NCBI GenBank assembly: GCA_963711565.1
Contig: CAVQEQ010000004.1
Coordinates: 96,001 to 160,000, forward strand
Length of the DNA stretch: 64,000 nt
Direction of reading: 5' to 3'
DNA from: an uncultured delta proteobacterium
GTDB lineage: Bacteria; Desulfobacterota; Binatia; Binatales; Binataceae
Made by a program: the position numbers and the translations under genes. Under the pieces are notes generated by a model. It was not told the origin of the DNA and did not search any database. It saw only the letters and a program-made list of their open reading frames with translations. Every line of letters starts with the position of its first letter. The first letter of the stretch is position 1. Positions 20,028-28,586 of this stretch are shown one piece after another.

Positions 20028-21845
20028 CTAACCGCCGAACGGTATAGGACCCAAGTGATCCGCCAGCGGGCCGAGTGCGGCAACCGGCAGGAACAGCAGG
20101 GCGCCAACGATCACGATCGTGCCCAGGAGCAGACAGCCAAAGGTGGCGGTGTCATCGCGCAGAGTTCCCAAACCGAAAGGCGTGCTCTTTTTCATGCCGA
20201 GAAACGCCGCCATCGCGATAGGTGCTACGATTGGAAGATAGCGGCCGAACAAGATGACCAGGCCGCCGGCGATGTCCCACGGCACTGCCTCGGGGGCCGG
20301 ACTAGGATTGCTGTTCAAGCCATAGCTGGTCCCCAGGCCGTCGAAGGCGGAGCCGTTGTTAGCTGACGAGGATGAGAACTGGTAGACGATCTGCGACAAT
20401 CCATGCGCGCCGGGGTTGCTGGTGGCTTTCATGCCCCAGTCGGTAGCGGCGAACAGTCCGGATGGTCCCAGAATCAGGATTGGATGGACCAGGAGTGCTA
20501 TCATCGCAAGCTTCATCTCGCGAGCGCCGATCTTCTTGCCAAGGTACTCAGGCGTGCGTCCGACCATCTGACCTGCGAGAAAGATACCTATGATGAGAAA
20601 GAGCAGCAGGTTGATCATTCCCACGCCCTTACCGCCGTAGATGCAGTTAAGCCACATGCCGACGAAGGGCGATAGCCCGGCTATAGGATTGAGGCTGTCG
20701 TGCTCGGCGTTCACCGCGCCGCACGTTACATCAACGGTCGCGGCGGCAAAGGTCGCGCCCGCAGAGGTGCCGAAACGCAATTCTTTGCCTTCGAGATTAC
20801 CCAGGTGCTGATCGACCGGCAGGCCGGCCACAGCCGGCAGAGTGATCTCTCGTTTCCCTCCGGGCGCACTGGCGCTGGCGATCGTGTAGGTTCTAGCTTG
20901 AGGATGGGCAGTCAGTCCGGGATTCGGCTGCATCGTGTCGAAGTAAATCGCCCAAACGATCGTTCCGACGAATAACAACAACATGACCGAGAAAATGACG
21001 ACCGAGTGGCGGAACCGGCTGAGCATCCGGCCGTACATCAGTACAAGCGCCATCGGAAACAGCATCATGCAGAAGGTTTCGAAGAAGTTCGTTCCTGCGC
21101 CGGGATTCTCGAAGGGATGGGCCGAATTCATTCCGTAAAAGCCACCGCCGTTGGTTCCCATCATCTTCATAGGGACAAACGCCGCCAGCGGTCCGACAAC
21201 TATTGTTTGCTGCTTGGGCTGGTTGTTGCTGTCGGTGCCCATCGCGGCAGGCTCGAGCGTCGAGACCTGGTAGTCACTCTGATAGGTCATCGGCATGCCC
21301 TGGACGAGGAAAACCATGCTCATAACGAAGGCGGCGGGAAAAAACATGTAGATAACCACGCGCCACATATCGAGGAAGAAGTTACCCAGATGCGAATCAC
21401 TCCGCAGGGCACGAATGATCGCCGTGAGTGCGCATAGTCCTACTGCTGCAGAGAGGAAGAACATTGCGACGCAAAAGAAAATCTGAGTGAAATTTGAAAA
21501 CGCCACGTCTCCCGAGTAGTGCTGAATGTTGGTGTTGGTAATGAACGAGATGACAGTGTTGAAAATCGTGCTGGGCGCCAGCATCCCGAGGCCGCGAGGA
21601 TTTAGCGGCATCCACGGCTGCACTGACAACACGATGTAGCCGTAGACGAACAGCACTGTATTGAAAGCGAGCAGTGCTATAGTGTACTGCTTCCAGTTCT
21701 GGGGTCCGCTGTCCAGGCGCTCCTCAAACCCAGCGAGGACTTGCGGTGCCTTATACTTGCCGTCCATGATCTTGGCCATGTAGCGGCTTAGGGGAATGGC
21801 AATCAGAATCGTGAACACGATTATCGAAACTGGCAGAAGCCACAT
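20028..21845 (-). CDS. kdpA: K+-transporting ATPase subunit A
   Basis: 'FITNTNIQHYSG', 'GTNGGGF..NSAHPFENP', 'EGKELRFG', 'SANNGSAF'. Confidence 0.97.
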   Translation of the reverse strand: MWLLPVSIIVFTILIAIPLSRYMAKIMDGKYKAPQVLAGFEERLDSGPQNWKQYTIALLAFNTVLFVYGYIVLSVQPWMPLNPRGLGMLAPSTIFNTVISFITNTNIQHYSGDVAFSNFTQIFFCVAMFFLSAAVGLCALTAIIRALRSDSHLGNFFLDMWRVVIYMFFPAAFVMSMVFLVQGMPMTYQSDYQVSTLEPAAMGTDSNNQPKQQTIVVGPLAAFVPMKMMGTNGGGFYGMNSAHPFENPGAGTNFFETFCMMLFPMALVLMYGRMLSRFRHSVVIFSVMLLLFVGTIVWAIYFDTMQPNPGLTAHPQARTYTIASASAPGGKREITLPAVAGLPVDQHLGNLEGKELRFGTSAGATFAAATVDVTCGAVNAEHDSLNPIAGLSPFVGMWLNCIYGGKGVGMINLLLFLIIGIFLAGQMVGRTPEYLGKKIGAREMKLAMIALLVHPILILGPSGLFAATDWGMKATSNPGAHGLSQIVYQFSSSSANNGSAFDGLGTSYGLNSNPSPAPEAVPWDIAGGLVILFGRYLPIVAPIAMAAFLGMKKSTPFGLGTLRDDTATFGCLLLGTIVIVGALLFLPVAALGPLADHLGPIPFGG

Positions 21846-21887
21846 AGGCCTTAAGTCCTCTTTTTCAATATCTGCGGGTAGTAATGA

Positions 21888-21968
21888 CTAGAACCACTCC
21901 GGTCGAACCATTGCGGTAACCAGATACGCGAACACCAGGGCTGCAATGGCTGCAGTTACGTAGATCAT
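21888..21968 (-). CDS. kdpF: KdpF subunit (26 aa; absent from the ORF track)
   Basis: MIYVTAAIAALVFAYLVTAMVRPEWF with GGAGG RBS; 'YL..A..RPE.F' KdpF signature. Confidence 0.9.
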   Translation of the reverse strand: MIYVTAAIAALVFAYLVTAMVRPEWF

Positions 21969-21978
21969 GGCTGCCTCC

Positions 21979-22074
21979 CTAAATTTTCTCGCAGGCGACT
22001 AAAAACGCGAAACAAAGGCCGAGGCCGACCAGACCCAACAGGAATGTTGCCGGTAGCCAAAGTGCTTCGTTCAT
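21979..22074 (-). CDS. 31-aa hydrophobic membrane peptide upstream of kdpF
   Basis: MNEALWLPATFLLGLVGLGLCFAFLVACEKI with GGAGGA RBS; in frame with the longer ORF 21979-22398. Confidence 0.65.
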   Translation of the reverse strand: MNEALWLPATFLLGLVGLGLCFAFLVACEKI

Positions 22075-22398
22075 CGGAGTTCCTCCGGGTTTGGAATTTA
22101 CGATATAGGCTTCGTTCGAGTAGTGAGATTCGAGCTCAGCGAGCGGAGGGCACGGTCCTTCTGCAAAAGTGGCGAAGCGGGTCGAGCTGTCGGGACCGGC
22201 CATGGGATGACCGTAGCCGTCCAGCACGACAACTGTTTTCTCGCAGACCAGAAAGTGCCATTTGCATCGGATGCAGTAGTAGAGCCGCGCCTTGCGCGGA
22301 AACAGCTCGCTATCGCACAGCGGTCCGATAACGAACTCGTGCCGAAGGCTCGGCGCATGCCGCTGCGGGCGGGAAGCGAGGCTTTCCCAAAGCTTCAT
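21979..22398 (-). CDS. Hypothetical Cys-rich protein (CIRC) reading in frame into the small membrane peptide
   Basis: ORF with H/C residues 'HEFVIGPLC...YCIRCKW...C...GPCP'. Confidence 0.4.
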   Translation of the reverse strand: MKLWESLASRPQRHAPSLRHEFVIGPLCDSELFPRKARLYYCIRCKWHFLVCEKTVVVLDGYGHPMAGPDSSTRFATFAEGPCPPLAELESHYSNEAYIVNSKPGGTPMNEALWLPATFLLGLVGLGLCFAFLVACEKI

Positions 22399-22411
22399 GA
22401 GGAAGGGTTAA

Positions 22412-22523
22412 GGCATTTTCTGGACCAAAGGGAAAAGCCGCCGAATGAAAGGGGAAATTAAAATAGTGCGTCGAGCCTCCTCGCGCATCGTGCTTCAAAA
22501 CGAAATGTGGAATGCGTTTTGAA
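22412..22523 (-). promoter_or_regulatory. Putative sigma54 promoter and upstream activator site of the kdp operon
   Basis: Minus strand TGGTCCAGAAAATGCC (GG-N10-GC) at 22412-22427; perfect dyad TTCAAAACG-N12-CGTTTTGAA at 22494-22523. Confidence 0.5.
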
Positions 22524-22601
22524 ATTCCGCGCGAGAAGGGTAGATAGACTCGGCAGCTCTGGACTTCCCGTGCATTTGGAGCTTGTAGTAGTCATAGCGC
22601 G

Positions 22602-24005
22602 ATGAAATCGTTTCTCGATGAAGACTTCCTGCTCGACAGCGCGACTTCGCGCCGGCTTTATCGCCAGTACGCGGCCGAACTGCCGATCATCGACTACCAC
22701 TCGCATTTGTCGGCATCCGAGATCGCGGCGCGCAAGCGGTTTCGGAACATAACGGAACTATGGTTAGGGGGAGACCACTACAAGTGGCGGCTCATGCGGA
22801 TGGCGAGGATGTCCGAGCGTCTAATCACCGGCGACGCCGGCGATCGCGAGAAATTCATTGCCTTTTGCAGCGTCCTTCCGCAAGCGATCGGCAATCCGGT
22901 TTATCATTGGAGCCATCTTGAGTTGCGGCGAATCTTCGATATCGACACGGTCATCAATGAGAAGAACGCGCCGGACTTGTGGGACGAGGTCAATCGGCGG
23001 CTCGCGACCATCGATGCCTGGAGTTTTCTCGATCAGGCCAAGGTTGAAATTCTCTGCACCACCGACGATCCTGCTGACGATTTGAAGGCTCACGCGGAGC
23101 TTGCCCAGTCGGGACTCAGAACCCGTGTGCTGCCGTCATTTCGACCGGATCGCGCGATGGCTATCAACGATCCGCGCTTTGCTGCATACCTCGCCACACT
23201 CGGCGGCGTCACCGGCACGCAAATCACGTCGTTCGCTAACCTGATCGCGGCCCTCGAATGTCGTGTAGGTTACTTCGATTCGCACGGCGCACGGGTAAGC
23301 GACCACGCGATCGACATGCCACTTCCGGAGCGGATCGGCAGTCAGAGGGAAATCGAAACTATGTTTTCGCGGCGGCTAGAGGGTGCCGCGCTAGATGAAG
23401 AGTCGGTCGCGCAATACCGGCTCGGGCTGTTGATAGCGTTGGGGCGCGTCTATGCGCAGCGTGGCTGGGCCATGTGTCTTCATATCGGCGCCCAGCGCAA
23501 CAACTGTAGCCGCCAGTTCACTGGTCTAGGTCCCGATACCGGTTACGATTCGATTTCCGATATGCCAATCAGCCGCGGCCTGGCGCGCATGCTCGATACT
23601 CTGGATCGTGACGACATGCTACCCAGAACCGTGCTGTTCTGCATGAACCCGAACATGAACGAGGTGCTCGCGAGCATGCTGGGCGTCTTTGCCGATAACA
23701 CTACGCGCAGCAAGTTGCAGTTTGGTCCGGCCTGGTGGTTTAACGATCATAAGGAAGGAAACCTGCGACAACTCAGGACGCTAGCTAGTCACGGGCTTCT
23801 CGGCACGTTCGTCGGCATGACTACCGATTCGCGAAGCCTCGCGTCCTTTCCGCGTCACGAATACTTTCGCCGGCTGCTGTGCCGTCTGCTGGGCCGTTGG
23901 GTGGAAGACGGCGAATACCCGGACGATGAAGACGCGCTGGCGCAACTTGTACGAGATGTCTGCTACAACAACGCCAAGACCTACTTCCGGTTCTCGGCGA
24001 CGTAG
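22602..24005 (+). CDS. uxaC: Glucuronate (uronate) isomerase
   Basis: 'PIIDYHSHL', 'WLGGDHYKWRLMR', 'CTTDDP', 'AWWFNDH', 'TDSRS..S.PRHEYFRR'. Confidence 0.97.
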   Translation: MKSFLDEDFLLDSATSRRLYRQYAAELPIIDYHSHLSASEIAARKRFRNITELWLGGDHYKWRLMRMARMSERLITGDAGDREKFIAFCSVLPQAIGNPVYHWSHLELRRIFDIDTVINEKNAPDLWDEVNRRLATIDAWSFLDQAKVEILCTTDDPADDLKAHAELAQSGLRTRVLPSFRPDRAMAINDPRFAAYLATLGGVTGTQITSFANLIAALECRVGYFDSHGARVSDHAIDMPLPERIGSQREIETMFSRRLEGAALDEESVAQYRLGLLIALGRVYAQRGWAMCLHIGAQRNNCSRQFTGLGPDTGYDSISDMPISRGLARMLDTLDRDDMLPRTVLFCMNPNMNEVLASMLGVFADNTTRSKLQFGPAWWFNDHKEGNLRQLRTLASHGLLGTFVGMTTDSRSLASFPRHEYFRRLLCRLLGRWVEDGEYPDDEDALAQLVRDVCYNNAKTYFRFSAT

Positions 24006-24031
24006 TATCGCGGTCCTGATAGGTGTTCGTG

Positions 24032-26440
24032 ATGTCGCTTGCCCGCATTCCGACATTCTCAGTCGTCGAGCGGAGCGGTGCGCGAGTAACTCTGCAAAGC
24101 GACGAAGGCCACGTCGCGCATTTTTTCGTGCTCGAGGAGGACATAGTTCGCGTAATGGCCCTTCCGCTTGGCCATCTGTGCTTTCCACGGACCTGGGCCA
24201 TAGCGCCCGGACTAGACGACGTTCCGTACCAAGGACGCGATCGGTTCGATCTCAGCGGCTTTGCGCTGCCCGATTTCGAGTTTTTGCAGCAGATTGACAC
24301 GCTCCAAATCACCACGGAGCTTATTCGCCTGACTGTTGACCTACGCGGACTGTTCTGCCGATGGGAGGTGCTGCAGGCAGGACGTTGGATACCTGTGGCG
24401 GCCGATAGGACGACCCAGAGCTACAACTTCGGATGGTGGGACAATCGGATTTATCACTACCTGAACCGTGAGGCTGACGAACTGTATTTCGGCCTCGGCG
24501 AGCGCGCGGGTAACACCAATCGCGCCGGCCAACGCTACCGCATGACCAATATTGACGCGATGGGTTACAACGCCGCGTCCTCGGACCCTCTCTATAAGCA
24601 CATCCCGTTCTACCTGACCTGGAAGAAATCGTGCAAGACAGGATTCGGGCTTCTATACGATACGGTGGCGGACTGCACTTTCGATCTAGGGCGCGAACTG
24701 GATAACTATCACGGACACTATCGCTACTTCGTCGCAGAATACGGCGACCTCGATTACTACTTCATAGCGGGAGCCGGGATTGCCGATGTCGTTCGACGCT
24801 ATACCTGGATGACGGGTCGTCCGGCCTTCATGCCTAAGTGGAGTCTCGGCTATTCGGGCTCGACCATGACTTATACAGACGCGCCCGACGCACAGTCGCG
24901 GATGAACGAGTTTCTTATGCGTTGCGAGGAACACGATATTTTGTGCGACTCGTTTCACCTGTCATCGGGATATACATCTATCGGCGCCAAGCGATACGTG
25001 TTCAACTGGGACCGAGCCAAGTTTCCGGATCCTGCGGGCTTTGCGAAGCGATACCTGGATCACGGTGTTCGGCTGTGTGCGAATATCAAGCCATGCCTGC
25101 TGCGAGACCATCCACGGTTTGCCGAGGCGGCCGCACAAGAGCTGTTAGTCCGCGATCGCGATAGCAATCCCAGCCTTGTGCAATTCTGGGGTGAGCTAGG
25201 TGCTTACCTGGATTTCACGAATCCAGCCACAGTTGCGTGGTGGAAGGCGCGGGTGACTGACTCGCTACTCGCATATGGAATCGCGGCAACCTGGAACGAT
25301 AACAATGAGTTCGAGATTTGGGATCCGGCAGCGCGGGTTCACGGTTTCGGCGACGCCAGGCCGGCGGTCGAGGTTAAGACGCTACAAAGCTTGCTGATGA
25401 TACGAGCCTCGCGCGAGGCGCAGCGCGAGTTCGCGTCGCGGTCGCGACCGTTCCTTGTCACAAGAGCCGGCGCGGTCGGCCTCCATCGCTACGCGCAGAC
25501 CTGGTCGGGCGACAACTACACTTCCTGGGAAACGTTGCGATTCAACGTTAAGATGGGCATAGGACTCGCGTTGTCAGGGGTGTCGAACATCGGCCACGAC
25601 GTTGGTGGATTCGCGGGGCCCGCTCCTGATCCCGAACTATTTCTACGCTGGGTGCAGTTCGGAATATTCATGCCGCGCTTTACGATTCACTCGTGGAACG
25701 ACGACGGCACCGTCAACGAACCGTGGATGTATCCGGAAGTCACTTCCTACATTCGCGAGCTGATTAAATTCCGATATCGGCTGATTCCTTATCTCTATGA
25801 TCTTCTCTGGCGCTACCATCGCGACTACTCTCCAATTATAAGGCCCACCTTTTACGACTTTCCCGACGATGATCGTTGTTACGCAGAGAATGACGACATG
25901 ATGCTCGGAGATAGTCTGCTGGTAGCCGCCGTGGTCGAGCCGGGCCAGCGCACCCGCGCAGTGTATCTTCCCGAGGGTGCCGGCTGGTACGATCTCTGGT
26001 CCGGCGCGCATTATCAAGGAGGTCAGGAGATTACGCTCGACGCGCCGTGGGAGCGCACGCCGTTGCTTGCCCGGGAAGGCTCGGCGATTCCCCTCAATGT
26101 CGCACAGCAGCATTTTTCGAGGCGCGCCGATCGGCGCGGCTTCGCGATTTTCCCGCATTGTGGCGAGGGTAGGTTCGTTAGCGAGTGTTTCGAAGATGAC
26201 GGCGAAAGCGAGACTTACCGGGACGGCCATTTCGGGACGTGGCGATTGACTATCGAAAGCTCGGCCTCAGACTTGTCGATTCAAATCGAGCGCCTGGGAG
26301 AAGTGCCGGTGGCGAAGCAGGACATAGAGTTTCTTTTGCCTCGCTCTGAGACTCGCCGAATCCGTCTCGACGGAGGAGTGCTGCTGAAGGACGACGGTGA
26401 AGGACTTAGTCGTAGCTTGATTATAAGGCTCCAGCCCTGA
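24032..26440 (+). CDS. Glycoside hydrolase family 31 (Aec37-like)
   Basis: 'DPLYKHIPF', nucleophile motif 'WNDNNE', acid/base 'WSGDN', 'GHDVGGF'. Confidence 0.92.
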   Translation: MSLARIPTFSVVERSGARVTLQSDEGHVAHFFVLEEDIVRVMALPLGHLCFPRTWAIAPGLDDVPYQGRDRFDLSGFALPDFEFLQQIDTLQITTELIRLTVDLRGLFCRWEVLQAGRWIPVAADRTTQSYNFGWWDNRIYHYLNREADELYFGLGERAGNTNRAGQRYRMTNIDAMGYNAASSDPLYKHIPFYLTWKKSCKTGFGLLYDTVADCTFDLGRELDNYHGHYRYFVAEYGDLDYYFIAGAGIADVVRRYTWMTGRPAFMPKWSLGYSGSTMTYTDAPDAQSRMNEFLMRCEEHDILCDSFHLSSGYTSIGAKRYVFNWDRAKFPDPAGFAKRYLDHGVRLCANIKPCLLRDHPRFAEAAAQELLVRDRDSNPSLVQFWGELGAYLDFTNPATVAWWKARVTDSLLAYGIAATWNDNNEFEIWDPAARVHGFGDARPAVEVKTLQSLLMIRASREAQREFASRSRPFLVTRAGAVGLHRYAQTWSGDNYTSWETLRFNVKMGIGLALSGVSNIGHDVGGFAGPAPDPELFLRWVQFGIFMPRFTIHSWNDDGTVNEPWMYPEVTSYIRELIKFRYRLIPYLYDLLWRYHRDYSPIIRPTFYDFPDDDRCYAENDDMMLGDSLLVAAVVEPGQRTRAVYLPEGAGWYDLWSGAHYQGGQEITLDAPWERTPLLAREGSAIPLNVAQQHFSRRADRRGFAIFPHCGEGRFVSECFEDDGESETYRDGHFGTWRLTIESSASDLSIQIERLGEVPVAKQDIEFLLPRSETRRIRLDGGVLLKDDGEGLSRSLIIRLQP

Positions 26441-26453
26441 AGGCGATTTAGCA

Positions 26454-27740
26454 ATGGCTTCATCGACGCTATCGCTGCAACGGTCAAGCGGCTCCTATAT
26501 CGGGCCCTCCGAGGTGCGTGAGCTAATCGCAAAGGCATGTCCTGTCGAGCAGTATAGAGGCAAGAAGGTGCTCTTGCTTGTCCCGGACGCGACGCGCACC
26601 TGTCCGCTCGGGATGTTCTTCAAAGGGCTATTCGATCAAATTGGCGGCGTCACCACAGCCTTTGGCGTAATGATCGCGCTCGGCACTCATCCGCCGATGA
26701 GCGATGAGGCGATCCGCAGACGGCTCGAAATATCGCACGAGGAGAGCGCCACCCGCTATCGTTCGGTGCGCTTCTTCAATCACGCATGGGATAATCCAGA
26801 GGAGTTGCGACCTATAGGACGCATCACGGCAGCCGAGATTGAAGCGCTTAGCGACGGACTGTTCTCGATGGACGTGGCCGTCACCGTGAACCGGCGGCTA
26901 TTCGATTACGACCAGGTAATTATCGTCGGGCCCGTGTTCCCCCATGAGGTAGTCGGGTTTTCCGGCGGTAACAAATATCTGTTTCCCGGTGTTAGTGGTC
27001 CTGAAGTGTTGAATTTCTTTCATTGGCTCGGCGCTGTAGTGACTAATCCGATGATTATCGGTAACAAGTATACGCCGGTGCGGAAGGTGGTCGATCGCGC
27101 GGCTTCGATGCTTACGGTACCGAAACTTTGCTTCTGCCTGGTGGTCGAGGATGGGCAACTCGCCGGAGTCTTTGCGGGGTCGCCGGAGGACGCATGGGAC
27201 CAAGCGAGCGACCTATCAAAGGCACGACACATTCGTTACAAGGAAAACCCCTATGACACTGTACTGTCATGCGCGCCGAGTATGTATGAAGACTTATGGG
27301 TAGCCGGCAAATGCATGTACAAGCTGGAGCCAGTAGTAGCGAACGGTGGAGAGGTAATCATATATGCTCCGCATATCCGCGAAATTTCATATACGCACGG
27401 TCGCCTGATTCGACAGATCGGTTATCACTGCCGAGACTATTTCCGTAAGCAGTGGGATAAGTACAAAGCGCTGCCATGGGGAGTGCTGGCGCACTCAACG
27501 CACGTGCGCGGTATCGGCAGTTACGACAACGGCGTCGAGCGCGACCGGATACAAGTAACCCTCGCGACCGGGATCCCCAAGGAAGTATGTGCGGAGATCA
27601 ATCTTGGCTATCGCGATCCGGCGACGATTGATCCCGCCGACTACGCGAATCGCGAGGACGACGGTGTTCTAATGGTGCCCAAGGCTGGCGAGACGTTGTA
27701 CCACCTCAGGCAGCGGCCCGCGTGGGCGCGCGAGATGTAG
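26454..27740 (+). CDS. Lactate racemase (LarA) superfamily protein, probable sugar-acid 2-epimerase
   Basis: 'PDATR', 'ALGTH', 'PHEVVGFSGGNKYLFPG', 'NFFHW'. Confidence 0.85.
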   Translation: MASSTLSLQRSSGSYIGPSEVRELIAKACPVEQYRGKKVLLLVPDATRTCPLGMFFKGLFDQIGGVTTAFGVMIALGTHPPMSDEAIRRRLEISHEESATRYRSVRFFNHAWDNPEELRPIGRITAAEIEALSDGLFSMDVAVTVNRRLFDYDQVIIVGPVFPHEVVGFSGGNKYLFPGVSGPEVLNFFHWLGAVVTNPMIIGNKYTPVRKVVDRAASMLTVPKLCFCLVVEDGQLAGVFAGSPEDAWDQASDLSKARHIRYKENPYDTVLSCAPSMYEDLWVAGKCMYKLEPVVANGGEVIIYAPHIREISYTHGRLIRQIGYHCRDYFRKQWDKYKALPWGVLAHSTHVRGIGSYDNGVERDRIQVTLATGIPKEVCAEINLGYRDPATIDPADYANREDDGVLMVPKAGETLYHLRQRPAWAREM

Positions 27741-27773
27741 CGTTATGGTGAGGTTAGGGCGCGAAGGTTTCTT

Positions 27774-28583
27774 ATGACCGACCTATTCGACCTGTCTGGA
27801 GAGGTTGCCGTGGTGATCGGCGGGACCGGAGTGCTGGGCGGAGTGATGGCGGAAGGCCTGGCCAGCGCCGGCGCACGAGTCGCGGTTGTCGGCCGCAATC
27901 GCGAGCGCGGCGACACTTGCGTGCGGCGGATTCGAGCGATTGGCCGCACCGCGGAGTTCTTCTTTGCCGATGCGCTCGAGCGGTCGAGCTTGCGCAGTGC
28001 TCATCAGGCGATTACGTCGGCTCTCGGCGCGCCGAGCATTCTCGTTAACGCGGCCGGCGGCAACGACTCGCGCGCGACAGTCACGGCTGAGCGGCCGTTC
28101 GAAGCGATTGAAAGCGACGACTGGCGGGCGAACTTCGACTTGAACCTGGTCGGCGGCGCGCTGATACCCTGCCAAGAGTTCGGCGCGGCGATGGCGACGC
28201 GCGGCAAGGGAAGCATCATCAATATCGCGAGCGTCGCGGCTCACCTGCCGTTGTCGCAGGTGGTGGCATACTCGGCGGCGAAGGCGGCGGTGCTGAACCT
28301 GACTCAATTTCTGGCGCGCGAATGGGCGCCGCGAGGTGTCCGCGTGAATTCGATCACGCCCGGGTTTTTTCCCGCACAGCAGAACCGCAAGCTGCTAGTC
28401 AACGACGACGGTTCGCCAACCGCTCGCACCCGCGCCATCCTCGGACATACCCCGATGGCGCGACTCGGTGAGCCGCACGACCTGATCGGGGCGTGCATCT
28501 TTCTCGCCAGCTCCAGAGCCAGCGGTTTCGTTAGCGGCGCCGACATTCGAGTTGACGGCGGCTTCCTCAGTCAGACGATCTGA
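27774..28583 (+). CDS. SDR oxidoreductase, probable fructuronate reductase / D-mannonate oxidoreductase
   Basis: 'GGTGVLG', 'NAAGGN', 'YSAAK', 'PGFFPAQQNRKLL'; in the uxaC operon. Confidence 0.8.
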   Translation: MTDLFDLSGEVAVVIGGTGVLGGVMAEGLASAGARVAVVGRNRERGDTCVRRIRAIGRTAEFFFADALERSSLRSAHQAITSALGAPSILVNAAGGNDSRATVTAERPFEAIESDDWRANFDLNLVGGALIPCQEFGAAMATRGKGSIINIASVAAHLPLSQVVAYSAAKAAVLNLTQFLAREWAPRGVRVNSITPGFFPAQQNRKLLVNDDGSPTARTRAILGHTPMARLGEPHDLIGACIFLASSRASGFVSGADIRVDGGFLSQTI

Positions 28584-28586
28584 CAT

